Source: Formosa sp. (lineage in GTDB: Bacteria > Bacteroidota > Bacteroidia > Flavobacteriales > Flavobacteriaceae). From it: a stretch of 61,537 nucleotides of DNA. Positions 41,864-51,754 of this stretch are shown piece by piece. The stretch's first letter is position 1; every line of letters starts with the position of its first letter. Under the pieces are notes generated by a model, which was not told where the DNA came from, searched no databases, and saw only the letters and a list, made by a program, of their open reading frames with translations. The stretch covers positions 1 to 61,537 of the forward strand of contig NZZM01000032.1 in NCBI GenBank assembly GCA_002698705.1, read 5' to 3'. Both the position numbers and the translations under genes were made by a program.

Positions 41864-43039
41864 TTATTTAACTAATGCTTTTTTAGAAAATTTAATTACA
41901 TCATTCGCATTAATTTCATCGGAACCAAGAATTATTAATCTTTCAACAACATTTCTAAGTTCTCTAATATTTCCTGTCCAATCAAAACCCTTTAAAAGTT
42001 CGATAGATTTATGAGAAAACTTCTTTACCGAAATGCCCTGTTCATTAGCAATTTGAGAACTAAAAAACTTTACAAGTTTTGGAATATCCTCACGACGCTT
42101 TTCTAGTGGAGGAACTTCTATCAGTATAACTGCTAACCGGTGATATAAATCTTCGCGGAAACGACCTTTTGTAATTTCAGTTTTGAGATTTTTATTGGTA
42201 GCAGCGATAACTCTTACATTTACTTTTACATTTTTATCACTACCTACCCGTTGAATTCGATTTTCCTGTAGTGCTCGTAATACTTTAGCCTGTGCAGATA
42301 AACTCATATCACCAATCTCGTCTAAAAATAAAGTACCATCATTAGCAGCTTCAAACTTTCCTTCACGGTCTTTAATAGCATTTGTAAAAGCGCCTTTGGT
42401 GTGTCCAAATAATTCACTTTCTATAAGCTCACTAGGAATTGCAGCACAGTTGACCTCAACCATGGGACCTTTATCTCGATTACTTTTCTGATGAATCCAA
42501 TGAGCTACCAGCTCTTTTCCAGTACCATTAGGTCCTGTAACAAGAATACGAGCATTAGTTGGAGCAACTTTATCAATAATTGACTTTATATGCAACATAG
42601 GTTCACTATCTCCTACCATTTCGTATTTCTTACTAATAATTTGCTTAAGTTTTTTGTTTTCAAAAATTAATTTTTGACGGTCAAGGGCATTTCTAACTGT
42701 ATTTAAAAGCCTATTTAAATCGGGTGGTTTGGATATATAATCATATGCCCCTAAACGCATAGTACTGATAGCGGTTTCTAAATCTCCGTGTCCAGAAATC
42801 ATAACAATCGGAATTTGTTCTTTAATCTTTTTGATATTTTCTAATACCTCAACACCGTCCATTTTTGGCATTTTTATATCACATAAAATAAGATCAAAAT
42901 TATTATTTTTAACCATATTCAGTCCAGAAACACCATCTGAGGCTTCAAAAAGTTCATAGGAGGCATTTTCCTCAGATAAAATCTTAACCAAGACTCGGCG
43001 AATAGCCTCTTCGTCTTCAATAATTAATATTCTAGACAT
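41864..43039 (-). CDS. Sigma54-dependent response regulator (NtrC/NtrX-like: receiver plus AAA+)
   Basis: DIKMPKMDG receiver, GPNGTGKE, ESELFGH, GAFTNA, FLDEIG, WTGNIRELRN; ends shortly after the AAA+ domain. Confidence 0.92.
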   Translation of the reverse strand: MSRILIIEDEEAIRRVLVKILSEENASYELFEASDGVSGLNMVKNNNFDLILCDIKMPKMDGVEVLENIKKIKEQIPIVMISGHGDLETAISTMRLGAYDYISKPPDLNRLLNTVRNALDRQKLIFENKKLKQIISKKYEMVGDSEPMLHIKSIIDKVAPTNARILVTGPNGTGKELVAHWIHQKSNRDKGPMVEVNCAAIPSELIESELFGHTKGAFTNAIKDREGKFEAANDGTLFLDEIGDMSLSAQAKVLRALQENRIQRVGSDKNVKVNVRVIAATNKNLKTEITKGRFREDLYHRLAVILIEVPPLEKRREDIPKLVKFFSSQIANEQGISVKKFSHKSIELLKGFDWTGNIRELRNVVERLIILGSDEINANDVIKFSKKALVK

Positions 43040-43134
43040 ATGATAAATTATTTAACAATACTATTAATTTAGTTTTTCAAAAATCAGAAATTACATATTA
43101 ATATAGCTAACAAACCTAAAAAAAAATACAATTA

Positions 43135-44250
43135 CTAAGAAAACATGTCCTTGACTTTCTCAAAAAAAGATTTATCAGAACTTTCCGGTTTAGGTTTAAA
43201 ATGCTCGTTTTTAAGCATTTTCTTAAAAAAAGATTTTTGTTCTTTATTTAGTGTTTTAGGAGTCCAAACGTTTATGTGAACTAAAAAATCACCTTTGCTA
43301 TATCCATTAATGTTTGGAATGCCTTTATTCCGAAGGCGAAGTATTTTTCCAGATTGAACACCTGGTTCAATCTTCAAACGAACCTTTCCTGAGACGGTAT
43401 CTATTTCTACGGCAGAGCCTAAAATAGCTTCTGGTAAACCAATGTACAAATCATAATGTAGGTTATCTCCTTCACGTTGTAAATTCGGGTGTGTTTCTTC
43501 CGAAATAGCAACTAATAAGTCCCCCGAAATTCCATCACCTGGTGCTGCATTTCCTTTTCCACTAACCTTTAGTTGCATTCCGTCTTCTACTCCGGCGGGG
43601 ATTTTTATCGATACTGTCTCTTCTTCAGTCAAAAAACCATTGGAATCAGCATTAGGAGGACGATTGTCAATAATTTGACCGGTCCCTCCACAAACATTGC
43701 AAGTTGATGCGGTTTGCATTCGTCCTAAAATTGTATTTGTTATTCTAGTGACTTGACCTGTTCCATTACACGTGGAGCAGGTTTTATAAGTAACTCCTTT
43801 GGCCTGTTTTTTTCGCTTAACTCTTACTTTTTTCTCAACACCGTTAGCAATTTCTTCGAGACTTAATTTAACACGAATTCTTAAATCAGAGCCTTTGGGT
43901 CTTCGTTGGCGTTGACTACTAAAACCACCAAAACTACCTCCACCAAAAGCACTGCCAAAAATATCACCAAACTGGCTAAAAATATCTTCCATATTCATAC
44001 CAGCACCTCCAAAACCACCATTACCTTCAAATGCCTGGTGACCAAATTGATCATAACGAGCCTTTTTGTTAGAATCACTCAAAACCTCATAAGCTTCAGC
44101 AGCGATTTTAAATTTTTCTTCCGCACTAGCATCATCTGGGTTTTTATCGGGATGATATTTAATTGCCATCTTGCGATATGCTTTTTTAATTTCACCAGAA
44201 GAAGCATTTTTTGGAATACCTAAAACTTCGTAATAGTCCTGTTTTGCCAT
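43135..44250 (-). CDS. dnaJ: Molecular chaperone DnaJ
   Basis: J-domain HPD, G/F-rich region, CxxCxGxG repeats. Confidence 0.97.
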   Translation of the reverse strand: MAKQDYYEVLGIPKNASSGEIKKAYRKMAIKYHPDKNPDDASAEEKFKIAAEAYEVLSDSNKKARYDQFGHQAFEGNGGFGGAGMNMEDIFSQFGDIFGSAFGGGSFGGFSSQRQRRPKGSDLRIRVKLSLEEIANGVEKKVRVKRKKQAKGVTYKTCSTCNGTGQVTRITNTILGRMQTASTCNVCGGTGQIIDNRPPNADSNGFLTEEETVSIKIPAGVEDGMQLKVSGKGNAAPGDGISGDLLVAISEETHPNLQREGDNLHYDLYIGLPEAILGSAVEIDTVSGKVRLKIEPGVQSGKILRLRNKGIPNINGYSKGDFLVHINVWTPKTLNKEQKSFFKKMLKNEHFKPKPESSDKSFFEKVKDMFS

Positions 44251-44275
44251 TATATATTTGGATTTTTAATTTTAG

Positions 44276-44815
44276 TTATTGTCCGATTACAACCTTTGGA
44301 AATCTAATGACTTTTTCGCCTAATTTGTAACCTTTCTCTATAACATCAATAATTTTTCCTTTTAAATCCTCGTTAGGAGCAGGTATTTGGGTAACAGCTT
44401 CATGATCGTCTGCATTAAAAACATCCCCTTTATCAATACTGATTACTGATAATCCCTTTTGCTCGAGGGTGGATTGAAATTTGTTCTTGATTAATTTAAC
44501 TCCTTTTGAGAGTTCAGTTTCATCATATTTGGACATCTCTAAAAGGGCACGATCAAAATCATCTAAGACAGGAAGTAAAGATTTAATAACGTCCTGGTTA
44601 GCTGTAGAAAAAAGTTCTATACGCTCTTTTAAAGTTCGACGTTTATAATTTTCAAATTCTGCAAACAAACGTAAAAATTTATCTTTTTCTTCGGCGAGCT
44701 CTACTTTTATTTTTTTTTCAGTAGATACTGGCTTTTTAGTCTTACTTTTTGTAGCCATTGGCTCTTTTTTTACTTTGGTTTTTTTTGTTATTTCGTTTTT
44801 ACTCATATTAAACAT
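44276..44815 (-). CDS. grpE: Nucleotide exchange factor GrpE
   Basis: LRLFAEFENYKRRT, LLPVLDDFDRA, KGYKLGEKVIRFPKVV; start may be 44806. Confidence 0.96.
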   Translation of the reverse strand: MFNMSKNEITKKTKVKKEPMATKSKTKKPVSTEKKIKVELAEEKDKFLRLFAEFENYKRRTLKERIELFSTANQDVIKSLLPVLDDFDRALLEMSKYDETELSKGVKLIKNKFQSTLEQKGLSVISIDKGDVFNADDHEAVTQIPAPNEDLKGKIIDVIEKGYKLGEKVIRFPKVVIGQ

Positions 44816-44835
44816 TAAAATTTATAATAACAAGA

Positions 44836-44874
44836 CAAAAGTACTGCCATAATTTAAAAAATGTCAAAATGTCA
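44836..44874 (-). promoter_or_regulatory. Putative sigma54 promoter TGGCAG-N5-TTG with upstream TGACA-N3-TGACA repeat, upstream of grpE-dnaJ
   Basis: Minus strand reads tgaca-ttt-tgaca, 12 bp, tggcag-tactt-ttg; spacing identical to the htpG element. Confidence 0.7.
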
Positions 44875-44904
44875 CTAATTATTTATAAAAATTTATTTTG
44901 TTGA

Positions 44905-45828
44905 TTAATTAGATTGTATAAGGCTTTTAAGTGCAGGGTGTATATATTGAAACTTAAAATTGAAACCAGTATTTTTAATTTTTTTTGAGCAAACGCGTTG
45001 ACTATCAACAACAATAGAACACATTTCTCCAAAAACTAATTTCAATAATGATTTATGAATATTGGGAAGCAAAATCGGCCTTTTAATCAACTTAGCAATT
45101 TCAAATGTTAATTCAGATTGTCTGACTGGGTTGGGAGCTACTGCATTAAATATTCCAATAACTTTTGTTTCCAAAAGGTGCAGGAATATTGAAACAAGAT
45201 CCTCAATATGTATCCACGATTGCCATTGATTACCGTTACTCAAAACGGCACCAGAATACATCTTAATGGGTTTAATTATTTTGGGTAAAGCACCTCCATT
45301 TAAACCTAAAACAATCCCAATTCTTAAGATTGATACTTTAATACCCTCGGAGCTATATTCCATAGCAGCAGATTCCCATTTTTTTACTACCGAGCTTAAA
45401 AAAGAAGAATTATCAAATTGATTATAATTCTCGTCATAATATTTTGTAGTAGAGCTTGGATAGATGCCAATTGCACTTGCTGAGATTAGGTATTTTACAC
45501 TTGTTAATTTATTTTCTCTAATAGTATTTAGTAAAAATGAAAGTGATTTTACACGGCTATTTATAATTTTTTTTTTGGTGAATTTTGTCCATCTCTGGGT
45601 AATTGGGGATCCAGCTAGATTAATTATATATTCTATTCCATCTAAACTTTCTAGATTTATTTCATTATTTATTGGATTCCAATAATACATATTACACTTA
45701 ACATTTGACTGAACTCTGTTTTTTTGTGTAGTAAGTATATTTAAATTATGTCCTTGTTTAGAAAGGGATTTTATTAGTGCTTCACCTACCATTCCTGAAG
45801 CACCTGTAATAAGTATATTTTTAGTCAC
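44905..45828 (-). CDS. TIGR01777 family NAD-dependent epimerase-like oxidoreductase
   Basis: ILITGASGMVG, INLAG, SASAIGIY, SWIHIEDL, NAVAPNPV. Confidence 0.9.
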   Translation of the reverse strand: MTKNILITGASGMVGEALIKSLSKQGHNLNILTTQKNRVQSNVKCNMYYWNPINNEINLESLDGIEYIINLAGSPITQRWTKFTKKKIINSRVKSLSFLLNTIRENKLTSVKYLISASAIGIYPSSTTKYYDENYNQFDNSSFLSSVVKKWESAAMEYSSEGIKVSILRIGIVLGLNGGALPKIIKPIKMYSGAVLSNGNQWQSWIHIEDLVSIFLHLLETKVIGIFNAVAPNPVRQSELTFEIAKLIKRPILLPNIHKSLLKLVFGEMCSIVVDSQRVCSKKIKNTGFNFKFQYIHPALKSLIQSN

Positions 45829-45908
45829 AAATCAAAATTATTGAATCAAAGTAATGTTTTGTACAAAAAATTAATGTTTAACAAATATTTAAGTTCTGTA
45901 AAGTTAGA

Positions 45909-46583
45909 TTAAAGCACTTTTGTGGCTCTTAGCATTTCTCTTTTACCAGGAGGGCCTGGCAAACGTTCAACTAAAAATCCAACAGACTGTAAATTCCGAC
46001 GAACACTGCCCTTTGCAGAATAGGTAACTAAAATTCCATTTAGACGTAAAGAATCGTACATTTTTTTAAAAATAAACTCTGTCCAAAGATTAGGTTGCAC
46101 TCTAGGTCCAAAGGCGTCGAAATAGATAACATTAAACATATTAATTTCGTTAACATTAGAAAAAAAATCTAACTTCTTCTTTAAAAAAAAGTTAGGTAAA
46201 ATTTCATGTGTTTTGTTCCACAAACAGTCATGAATTAATCTAAAAATTGAGGCTTCAGATTTAATTATATTATCATAGTTTAACAAATCTAATTCTCTTT
46301 TATTAACTGGATAAGCTTCAATTCCATGGTAATAAACCTTATTGTTTACTTTTGAGTTAAGAGATGCTGTTAATAAAGTATTTAATCCAGTGCCAAAACC
46401 AATCTCCATAATATTAATTTTAATTTGTTTTGGATGACGTTTTAAATAAGTATTAAATCCAGCTAGAATGTAAACATGCATAGCCTCTTGTAAAGCACCA
46501 TGAATAGAATGATATCGTTCATTCAAATCTTCAATTTGAATAGTTTTTGAGCCGTCAGATGTAGTTATGATTGAACGCTTCAA
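45909..46583 (-). CDS. mnmD: tRNA mnm5s2U34 methyltransferase MnmD (MnmC methyltransferase domain)
   Basis: TSDGSKT, YHSIHGA, EIGFGTGLN, YFDAFGP, GPPGKREM. Confidence 0.88.
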   Translation of the reverse strand: MKRSIITTSDGSKTIQIEDLNERYHSIHGALQEAMHVYILAGFNTYLKRHPKQIKINIMEIGFGTGLNTLLTASLNSKVNNKVYYHGIEAYPVNKRELDLLNYDNIIKSEASIFRLIHDCLWNKTHEILPNFFLKKKLDFFSNVNEINMFNVIYFDAFGPRVQPNLWTEFIFKKMYDSLRLNGILVTYSAKGSVRRNLQSVGFLVERLPGPPGKREMLRATKVL

Positions 46584-46598
46584 AATTTAACTTAAAAT

Positions 46599-47093
46599 TT
46601 ATTCGGCCAAAATTACACCATCAGCTATAAAACTATAAGTAATTTTTGGTTTTGTAATGGAGTCTATTTCACTTTTTGATAAGCCTGAGTCTTCGGCATA
46701 ATGTTTTAAATCTTGAACTGAAGTTTGTGAAATAAAAGCTTTACCGTTGATGATAACCTGACCAGAAGCATCTAAAGGAACAAAAAAATTATAATCTTTA
46801 AAACGAACCATCAATTCTTCTCCACCGAACAATCCTAAAGTCATCCAGCATCCTTTTTTTGAACATACGTCTATTATTACCCCTTTCGTTGTAGTCGAAA
46901 GTGTATCTGAAAGTTGCATTATCTGTTTTGTGAAATCTTCATTTGAAATAATATTATTTGCATCAAAAGGGGAGCCATGATATTGAAGAATTGAAGAATT
47001 AACTTTTATGGGTTTACGTTCTGTTTCCATTTGCTTACAGTGAAAAAATAAAAAACAAGAAAAAAATAAAATAATAAGACTATGGATCCTCAA
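46599..47093 (-). CDS. DUF4920 domain lipoprotein
   Basis: VCSKKGCWM, VRFKDYNFFVP, LKHYAED. Confidence 0.8.
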   Translation of the reverse strand: MRIHSLIILFFSCFLFFHCKQMETERKPIKVNSSILQYHGSPFDANNIISNEDFTKQIMQLSDTLSTTTKGVIIDVCSKKGCWMTLGLFGGEELMVRFKDYNFFVPLDASGQVIINGKAFISQTSVQDLKHYAEDSGLSKSEIDSITKPKITYSFIADGVILAE

Positions 47094-47187
47094 AATAATT
47101 AGACAGTTTAACTTTATAAGTTTTTTGTAATACTTATAAATTATATTATGAATTCATTAATTTTGTTATGACAAATATGAACAAAAA

Positions 47188-48243
47188 ATGAATTCCATTC
47201 AAATAACTCATGCAAAACATTCGAAATTAAAAAGTACCGATTTCAAAAATTTGGGCTTTGGTAAATTTTTTTCTGATCACATGTTAATTTGTGATTATAA
47301 ATTTGGTGTTTGGGGAGCCCCAGAAATTATTCCATTTGAAGCTATTAGTTTGATGCCCTCATCTAAAATTTTTCATTACGGACAGTCTATTTTTGAAGGA
47401 ATGAAAGCATATAAAGACAAAAATTCGAATACCTGGTTATTTAGACCAGACGAAAATTTCAAACGTCTTAATAAATCCGCAGAACGCTTGGCTATTCCAC
47501 AACTTCCAAAAAATATTTTTTTTGAAGGTTTAATAAAGCTCTTAAATATTGATAATGATTGGATTCCTTCAGCTGAAGGGTCTTCGCTGTATATAAGACC
47601 TATCATTTTTGCAACTGGAGAAGGATTTCATGCCTCACCAGCAGATGCATACAGGTTTATGATAGCAACAGCCCCATCCGGACCTTACTTTTCTGGAAAA
47701 GTAAAAGTACTTATTGAGGAAACCTACTCGAGATCAGCAAACGGTGGTGTTGGTTTTGCCAAGGCTGGTGGAAATTATGCAGGGCAATTTTATCCCACCC
47801 AATTGGCTATTAAAAAGGGTTATAATCAAGTAATTTGGACTGATGATAATACACACGAATATATAGAGGAAGCAGGAGCTATGAATATATTTATTCGTAT
47901 TAATGATACATTAATTACAGGGCCAACTAGCGACCGGATTCTAGATGGTGTTACAAGAAAAAGTATAATTCAAATCGCAAAAAATGAGGGTATAAATTTA
48001 GAAGTTCGAAAATTTAAAGTTTCTGAAGTAATTGAAGCATCTAATAATGGAAGTTTAAAGGAAATGTTTGGTACGGGAACAGCTGCAGTTATCTCTCCCA
48101 TCTCAGCCTATGGATACAGAGGAAAAGACTATATTTTACCAAAAAATAAGGATTCTTATGCGACGCGATTAAAAAAGATTATAATAGATATTCAAACTAA
48201 CAAATCTGAAGATTCCTATAAATGGCGTTTCAAAGTTTGTTAA
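47188..48243 (+). CDS. ilvE: Branched-chain amino acid aminotransferase
   Basis: HYGQSIFEGMKAY, LYIRP, AKAGGNY, EAGAMN, ILDGVTR, GTAAVISP. Confidence 0.95.
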   Translation: MNSIQITHAKHSKLKSTDFKNLGFGKFFSDHMLICDYKFGVWGAPEIIPFEAISLMPSSKIFHYGQSIFEGMKAYKDKNSNTWLFRPDENFKRLNKSAERLAIPQLPKNIFFEGLIKLLNIDNDWIPSAEGSSLYIRPIIFATGEGFHASPADAYRFMIATAPSGPYFSGKVKVLIEETYSRSANGGVGFAKAGGNYAGQFYPTQLAIKKGYNQVIWTDDNTHEYIEEAGAMNIFIRINDTLITGPTSDRILDGVTRKSIIQIAKNEGINLEVRKFKVSEVIEASNNGSLKEMFGTGTAAVISPISAYGYRGKDYILPKNKDSYATRLKKIIIDIQTNKSEDSYKWRFKVC

Positions 48244-48244
48244 A

Positions 48245-48631
48245 CTACTTTTCTAATATCTCTTTAATATTAGGTTTAAAGTATTTAGGTCCCTTTAAAA
48301 CCTTTCCATCTGATCTATAAATAGGCTTACCATCAGGGCCGAGCTTACTCATGTTACTCCGCTGGATTTCATTAAAAATATCTTCTATTTTATGTTGCAT
48401 TCCGTGTTCTATAATAGTTCCACACAATATGTATAACATATCCCCAAGAGCATCCGCAACCTCAACTAAATCATTCGATTGAGCAGCCTCAAAGTACTCC
48501 TCATTTTCTTCTTTCATTAGGTCAAAACGAAGTTTATTTTTGGTATTTCCTAGATTGGCTTTTGGTGATGTTCGATAGCCTATTTTAAAAGCTTCATGGA
48601 ACTTCTTTACAGCTTCAATTTTATATTTCAT
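48245..48631 (-). CDS. Nucleoside triphosphate pyrophosphohydrolase (MazG-like / PRA-PH family)
   Basis: EENEEY...EVADALGDMLY, SNMSK, DGKVLKGP; ATG at 48631 preferred. Confidence 0.85.
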   Translation of the reverse strand: MKYKIEAVKKFHEAFKIGYRTSPKANLGNTKNKLRFDLMKEENEEYFEAAQSNDLVEVADALGDMLYILCGTIIEHGMQHKIEDIFNEIQRSNMSKLGPDGKPIYRSDGKVLKGPKYFKPNIKEILEK

Positions 48632-48678
48632 TGGTGATGATTTTTTTGTAATTTTATGTAAATTAAAAATACACAAAT

Positions 48679-48867
48679 ATGTTCAGTCAAGGACAAGTTA
48701 TTTTTGGAATTATTTTTGTAATTGTATTCTCAATAGTTATAATTAAATCCTACAAGAAAGATGCAGAATCGAATAAAAAATATTACAAAGGTAGCTTTTG
48801 GGTATTATTTGCTTTCATCGCCTTTATTATGAGTATTGCTGCTATAAAATTTGTGCTAGGTTATTAA
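48679..48867 (+). CDS. Small two-TM hypothetical membrane protein
   Basis: 62 aa, two hydrophobic segments flanking SYKKD...YYKGS. Confidence 0.7.
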   Translation: MFSQGQVIFGIIFVIVFSIVIIKSYKKDAESNKKYYKGSFWVLFAFIAFIMSIAAIKFVLGY

Positions 48868-48984
48868 TCATGAAATCAGCTTCGAACATAATTTTATTTA
48901 AAAATCAAAAATATAGCTAACCCTACTTTAAAAAAGAAATTTATACTTTCGCATTTTATTTACATTAATTAAATTAATCTTATA

Positions 48985-49356
48985 ATGAAACAAGTAATAT
49001 TTGTATTTATTGGTGGTGGAATAGGAAGTATTTTACGATATGGTTTTGGAAAAATATTTCAAATGTTACCAAATGGATTTCCAGTCAGTACATTTTTAGT
49101 TAATATTATAGGGTGTCTTTTAATTGGTTTTTTAATGGGGTTTAGTGTGAAATTTGATGCTTTTAATGAAAACCAATCTCTATTGCTTGTTACAGGGTTA
49201 TGTGGGGGCTTCACAACTTTTTCAGCTTTTGCGGCAGAAAACCAAATGTTTTTAAAGTCTGGAGAATATTTACATTTTGGAATCTATAGTTTAGCATCTA
49301 TCTTAATAGGTATTTCTGTAGTTGTACTAGGCTTGTACATAGCAAAACAAATTTAA
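48985..49356 (+). CDS. crcB: Fluoride efflux channel CrcB/FluC
   Basis: GGGIGSILRY, TFLVNIIG, GLCGGFTTFSAF. Confidence 0.93.
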   Translation: MKQVIFVFIGGGIGSILRYGFGKIFQMLPNGFPVSTFLVNIIGCLLIGFLMGFSVKFDAFNENQSLLLVTGLCGGFTTFSAFAAENQMFLKSGEYLHFGIYSLASILIGISVVVLGLYIAKQI

Positions 49357-49958
49357 TATTTTTCATCATACATTACGCCGGCTCTGATTTTAATGGGTAA
49401 AAAATTTTCTCTTGGAACAATAGGGCAAGAGAAGTTTTCATTATATGCACAGTAAGGGTTGTAAGCCTCATTAAAATCTATCATAATTGTATCAGAATTT
49501 GGTATTTTTAAATCCAAATATCGGCCACCTATGTAACTCTCAAATCCATTTGTTTTATCCAAAAATGGCAAAAACAAGCTTTTCTCTTTATTTGATAAAG
49601 AGGTTTTACTCTGATAAATTTTTAAACGGTATTCATAACCTCTTATTTGAAAAGTTAAAATTCCAAAAATACGTTCCTTGGAAAATCTATTTGTATTGGT
49701 TTTCATGTCAAAAAATTCATTCTTTGGTGTTTTTTTCAAAGTTGCTAAAAACATAAAATTAGAATCCAGCGGAAAGAATGGTAGGGATTGAAAAGATTTG
49801 AAATCATCAGGTTTCAAAGGAGAGGTTGTCACGTCTTTAAAAAATGCATTTAATTCTTTTTCGAAATCAGATTCATATGTGTGAACAATTTTCTTTTCGT
49901 TACAACTAAAAAAAAGTATACCAGTAAGTAAACTAATAATAAATCGAAATTGTAGCAT
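49353..49958 (-). CDS. DUF1684 domain lipoprotein
   Basis: LFLPFLDKTNG, GGRYLDL, DFNEAYNPYCAYN...CP; ATG overlaps the Lrp stop (TAATG). Confidence 0.85.
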   Translation of the reverse strand: MLQFRFIISLLTGILFFSCNEKKIVHTYESDFEKELNAFFKDVTTSPLKPDDFKSFQSLPFFPLDSNFMFLATLKKTPKNEFFDMKTNTNRFSKERIFGILTFQIRGYEYRLKIYQSKTSLSNKEKSLFLPFLDKTNGFESYIGGRYLDLKIPNSDTIMIDFNEAYNPYCAYNENFSCPIVPRENFLPIKIRAGVMYDEKY

Positions 49959-50404
49959 TATGATTCGCAATAATTTAATGTTTGATCAGAAACAACATCT
50001 GATAAAATGATTTGAGTTTTAGTTTCTCCGTAAGAAATTAATTCATCAATAAATTCTTCTAAATGAAGTTGATTCTTAAATAAAACTTCCATTACAATAT
50101 TTTCATTACCTGTAATCCTGTAACAATTTACAACTTCTTTATATGACTTAATTTTATGCAAAAAGGGTTTTAATCGACCCATAAATGCCCTAACAGTTAT
50201 CAACGCCCTTAGCTGATGACCCAACATAATAGGGCTTAACTTAGTGCGGTATCCAATAATAACTGCTGAATCTTCCATTTTTTTTATGCGCTCAGCCACA
50301 GCTGGTGAAGAGATACCTACTTGTTTTGAAATTTTTGTATTTGAAACTCTTGCATTGGACTGCAGCTCAGTTAAGATTTTTAAATGAATTCTGTCTAGTT
50401 TCAT
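49958..50404 (-). CDS. Lrp/AsnC family transcriptional regulator
   Basis: N-terminal HTH LDRIHLKILTELQSNAR...SPAVAERIKKME; CYRITG. Confidence 0.92.
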   Translation of the reverse strand: MKLDRIHLKILTELQSNARVSNTKISKQVGISSPAVAERIKKMEDSAVIIGYRTKLSPIMLGHQLRALITVRAFMGRLKPFLHKIKSYKEVVNCYRITGNENIVMEVLFKNQLHLEEFIDELISYGETKTQIILSDVVSDQTLNYCES

Positions 50405-50524
50405 AATTAAAGTAATTACATTAAAATTATTAAATTATAAAAAAAATAATTTAAATATACTTTAATTAATTAATATAATTAACCTTTTTAGAGCTTTAAC
50501 TTTGTAAAATACTTAAGTTTTACA

Positions 50525-50902
50525 ATGTACGTCGAGAATTCAGATTTTTACAAAAAAGCTCAGGAAATTAGAACTCTCTCTAAAAAAATATCTGATTATC
50601 TCATAAATGACCTCTCAAAGCTGAAAGCAAATGGAGCTGAAAGTCGTAATATTTACTTTTCCGGAGATATAGTTCAACAGTCAACATCGATATACGAAGA
50701 GATTTTAAAAGTTAAGAGTACAAAAATTTCTGAAAAAAAACACAGTCATGCTAGGACTCTGCGCTGGTTGACACAACGTCTTCTTCAAAATTGTAACCGT
50801 CTTGAACAATGTAGTAGTAATGGTAAGGATTTTATGTTAATTCTAAGAACGGAAATTCACAAATTTAAAAAACTTCAAAAATATTGGTTACTCTCTCTTT
50901 AG
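50525..50902 (+). CDS. Hypothetical helical (four-helix-bundle-like) protein
   Basis: 125 aa ORF preceded by TAACTTTG promoter element (50497-50504); no recognised motif. Confidence 0.65.
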   Translation: MYVENSDFYKKAQEIRTLSKKISDYLINDLSKLKANGAESRNIYFSGDIVQQSTSIYEEILKVKSTKISEKKHSHARTLRWLTQRLLQNCNRLEQCSSNGKDFMLILRTEIHKFKKLQKYWLLSL

Positions 50903-50930
50903 AATGTATGCTCAAGTAGCTATAACACAA

Positions 50931-51749
50931 TTAATAATTAGAAAGAATTTTTTTCATTTTTTGTTGAATCTCTTTTGCTTTCATTGCTGATTTCTCAGCA
51001 AAATCAATTTCTTTTGATGCATATATAATACTTCTGGATGAATTTACTAAAAGTCCAACTTGATCATTAAGGCCATGCTTACAAATCTCTTCTAAGCAAC
51101 CTCCTTGAGCTCCAATTCCCGGGACTAATAAAAAGTTATTTGGAACTATTTCTCGAACTTTTTTAAAATACTCTGATTTTGTGGCACCTACTACATACAT
51201 CAAATTGTCTGAATTTAGCCATGTTTTAGATGTTTCCAGAACATGCTCAAACAAATATTCATTATTAATTTCTTTAGTTTGAAAGTCAAACGCACCCTTA
51301 TTGGAAGTTAGGCTAAGAAGAATAGTATACTTGTTTTTAAATTTTAAAAATGGTTCAATAGAATCAGATCCCATGTATGGGCTTGCTGTTACACTGTCAA
51401 AACCCAAATCTTCGAAAAATGCTTTAGCATACATACGACTAGTATTACCAATATCTCCACGTTTAGCGTCAGCAACAGTGAAAATTTCAGAATAATTCTT
51501 ATTCAAATAGTCTATAGTTAATTTTAATGCCTTCCAACCCTCTTGACCATAAGCTTCATAAAAAGCAATATTTGGTTTGTAAGCGACACACAGATGATTA
51601 GTTGCATCAATAATTGCTTTATTGAATTCGAATATAGGTGACGGTTTATTTAAAAGACAGGTTGGGATTTTAGATATATCAACATCTAAACCTATGCATA
51701 AAAAAGATTGCTTCTTTCTTATTTCCGATACAATTCTTTCAATTGTCAT
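50931..51749 (-). CDS. pyrF: Orotidine-5'-phosphate decarboxylase
   Basis: LCIGLD, YKPNIAFYE, DAKRGDIGNT, VVGAT, PGIGAQGG, NSSRSII. Confidence 0.96.
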   Translation of the reverse strand: MTIERIVSEIRKKQSFLCIGLDVDISKIPTCLLNKPSPIFEFNKAIIDATNHLCVAYKPNIAFYEAYGQEGWKALKLTIDYLNKNYSEIFTVADAKRGDIGNTSRMYAKAFFEDLGFDSVTASPYMGSDSIEPFLKFKNKYTILLSLTSNKGAFDFQTKEINNEYLFEHVLETSKTWLNSDNLMYVVGATKSEYFKKVREIVPNNFLLVPGIGAQGGCLEEICKHGLNDQVGLLVNSSRSIIYASKEIDFAEKSAMKAKEIQQKMKKILSNY

Positions 51750-51754
51750 AAATT

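Noticed and set aside
48868-48984. Fluoride riboswitch upstream of crcB
   Set aside because: No GGCGAUG-type 5' element or pseudoknot pairing; only a weak gctaaccctac resemblance.
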